64,000 nt of DNA from Neodothiora populina (Eukaryota), in contig NW_027191404.1 of assembly GCF_041146345.1 (NCBI RefSeq), positions 2,728,001-2,792,000 on the forward strand, written 5' to 3'. The position numbers and the translations under genes are program-made. How positions within the stretch are numbered: the stretch's first letter is position 1; each line of letters starts with the position of its first letter. Under the pieces are notes generated by a model. The model made no database searches and was not told where the DNA came from. It was given only the letters and a program-made list of their open reading frames with translations. This document shows positions 62,319-64,000 of the stretch, piece after piece.

Positions 62319-63395
62319 TTAAGAGGAAGAGACACACTGCGAGTAGTAAGGGTTCTGCTCCTTGCAGGTGGAGCCTGTGACGCAAGTGGTGGCACCAGTG
62401 TAACCGGAACCACCACACTGGCCGTATAGAGCAACAGAGCCAGAGACAGTGGTTGCGGTAGGGGTAGCGCTAGCTGCTGAGGTCTTGACCAAGGTGGCCA
62501 GGGTGGTGGGGGCAGCGGAGGAGACAGGGGTAGCGCTGGCAACTGATGTCTTGACCAAGGTGGCGAGAGTGGTAGGGGCAGCAGAGGAGACAGGGGCAGC
62601 AGAGCTGGTAGCAGGTGCGGGGGCAGAGGAGGTGGCAGCGACAGCGCTGGAGGAGACCACAGCAGCCTGGGTGTTGACAGCAGAGGAAGAGGCACCAGAC
62701 CAGACGGGAGGGCCAGGAATGGGGTAGCTAGTGAAGCCGTTGTAGATGTCGAAGTGAATACCGGCATCAGTGGCCTTGTATGCGCCAGGGATGCTGACAC
62801 CAGCGGGGAGGCTGGTGGCACCGGAAGAAGTGATTTTGACCTGGACACACTCCATGTAGAGCTGGGCGCCTCCGAGAGTACCACCCTCGTGAAGGGCGAT
62901 GATCTCAGCACGGAGAAGGTAATTTCCAGCGGTGATGTCGGGGATAGTGATGGAGTGCTTGCCTTTGTTGGCAATGAGGGTATCAACAGCCCACTGCTTG
63001 GTGCTGGCATCGTAACCATCCTCGGCGATCTTTACCCAGCCACTGCCGGAAGAGCCGGTGTCGGTAGGGGCGATGTAGACCATAACAGGGCCCTTGTGGG
63101 AAGAGGCAATGATATCGTCAGACTCGCTGCGGCTGTCATGGTGCCATTCAAAGGTGAACTTGTCGCCGGCAGCAACGGACAGAGTCTTTGCGGTGGCAAC
63201 GTTGTTGACATTGCAGGTCATGTCCGAGGAGGTCACGTCCTTGACGGGGTTGTTGTTGGGAGGAGACCTGATGTAACCAGCAGCGGTGTTGCCGAGACCT
63301 TGGTCGACATCATTGATCCAACCAGCGTAGATGGTGGTGTGGGCGAAGGCCAGCTTCGCGGAGGCAATAAGAGCAATCAATGCAGCATTCTTCAT
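62319..63395 (-). CDS. AA9 lytic polysaccharide monooxygenase with Ser/Thr/Ala linker and C-terminal CBM1
   Basis: Signal peptide then mature His1 ([10 protein letters not shown]); [35 protein letters not shown]1 [31 protein letters not shown]; intronless. Confidence 0.96.
   Translation of the reverse strand: MKNAALIALIASAKLAFAHTTIYAGWINDVDQGLGNTAAGYIRSPPNNNPVKDVTSSDMTCNVNNVATAKTLSVAAGDKFTFEWHHDSRSESDDIIASSHKGPVMVYIAPTDTGSSGSGWVKIAEDGYDASTKQWAVDTLIANKGKHSITIPDITAGNYLLRAEIIALHEGGTLGGAQLYMECVQVKITSSGATSLPAGVSIPGAYKATDAGIHFDIYNGFTSYPIPGPPVWSGASSSAVNTQAAVVSSSAVAATSSAPAPATSSAAPVSSAAPTTLATLVKTSVASATPVSSAAPTTLATLVKTSAASATPTATTVSGSVALYGQCGGSGYTGATTCVTGSTCKEQNPYYSQCVSSS
62461..62592 (-). repeat. 66-bp tandem duplication in the LPMO linker
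   Basis: Two diverged copies encoding [16 protein letters not shown](V/A)ASATP; differences are mostly synonymous. Confidence 0.9.
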
Positions 63396-64000
63396 TTTTA
63401 AAGAGAGTGGGAGTCTAAAAGACCAAAGAGTGACTAGAAGGAAAGACTAATTTTTTTTTGAATGGATGAAGATGTCTTGGAGAAGAAGAAAGACTATACA
63501 TCTTATATACCTACCAGGTCCACGATATCTGAATTGACAGTCCCAGCACTGTTAGCGGCTTAGGAGATGATGGTCAGTCCTGGCATCCATAACAAGCATT
63601 GCCAAGGCGTGTCATTGCCCCTTCGCCTGCTCGCGTAGGTGGCCGTTCATCCAGGATTGTAAATGTTGCTTCATCCCGCCTCCGCCTCCATGTACATTAT
63701 GGCATTTCGTATAGTTAGTGCCTTGGCCCTGCTTCTGTGGTCGTTGCTACCGGTACTACACTGACTAGGCGGCTCCCACGATGCACACAACGGATCTTGT
63801 CCTAGACACAGACCATGTGTCGATACTTAATCACATCGATTGAGACAGGAAAGGAAATGCTGCGAGACCTAGCACAGCGCCTAGGCAGGTCAATAGCTTG
63901 GCTGCACTTGGCAATGTTGCAAATGGAAGAATTACTACAGGAGCGTTCCTACAGATCAAAGTCGAGGAGCGCCTTTCATATAGCGTAGTGCACAAAGTGT

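Noticed and set aside
62213..63401. 268-aa alternative-frame and 215-aa antisense ORFs over the LPMO
   Set aside because: By-products of strong codon bias and the low-complexity linker.
1..64000. tRNA, rRNA, CRISPR arrays, intact transposons, telomere repeats
   Set aside because: None recognised by eye; short or degenerate elements could have been missed without covariance-model and repeat searches.

Overview
Intron-containing filamentous ascomycete (Pezizomycotina) DNA; the class cannot be fixed from sequence alone. The window has two very different halves. Bases ~1-29,000 are a dense core block with short intergenic gaps. It holds a cellulose-synthase-like GT2, a P450 paired head-to-head with a cytochrome b5/b5-reductase fusion across a promoter with three CCGAGG (FarA/FarB-type) boxes, KES1/OSH4, NOT1, a mitochondrial PPR-like protein, a zf-PARP protein, a Chz1-like protein, SEC11, NHP6, an F-BAR/SH3 protein, an E2 and a UFD1-domain protein. 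Two convergent gene pairs overlap at their stop codons. Bases ~29,000-64,000 are a sparse accessory block. Intact genes there are a urea transporter, a flavin-domain-only cellobiose-dehydrogenase-like GMC enzyme, an MFS transporter and an AA9 LPMO-CBM1. Damaged genes are an aristolochene-synthase-like terpene cyclase, a PsiD/PS-decarboxylase-like gene, a DszA/NtaA-family monooxygenase, a second MFS and an ABCC exporter. No rRNA, tRNA, CRISPR or recognisable transposon was found. Family calls rest on motifs read by eye and recalled family knowledge; no searches were run.
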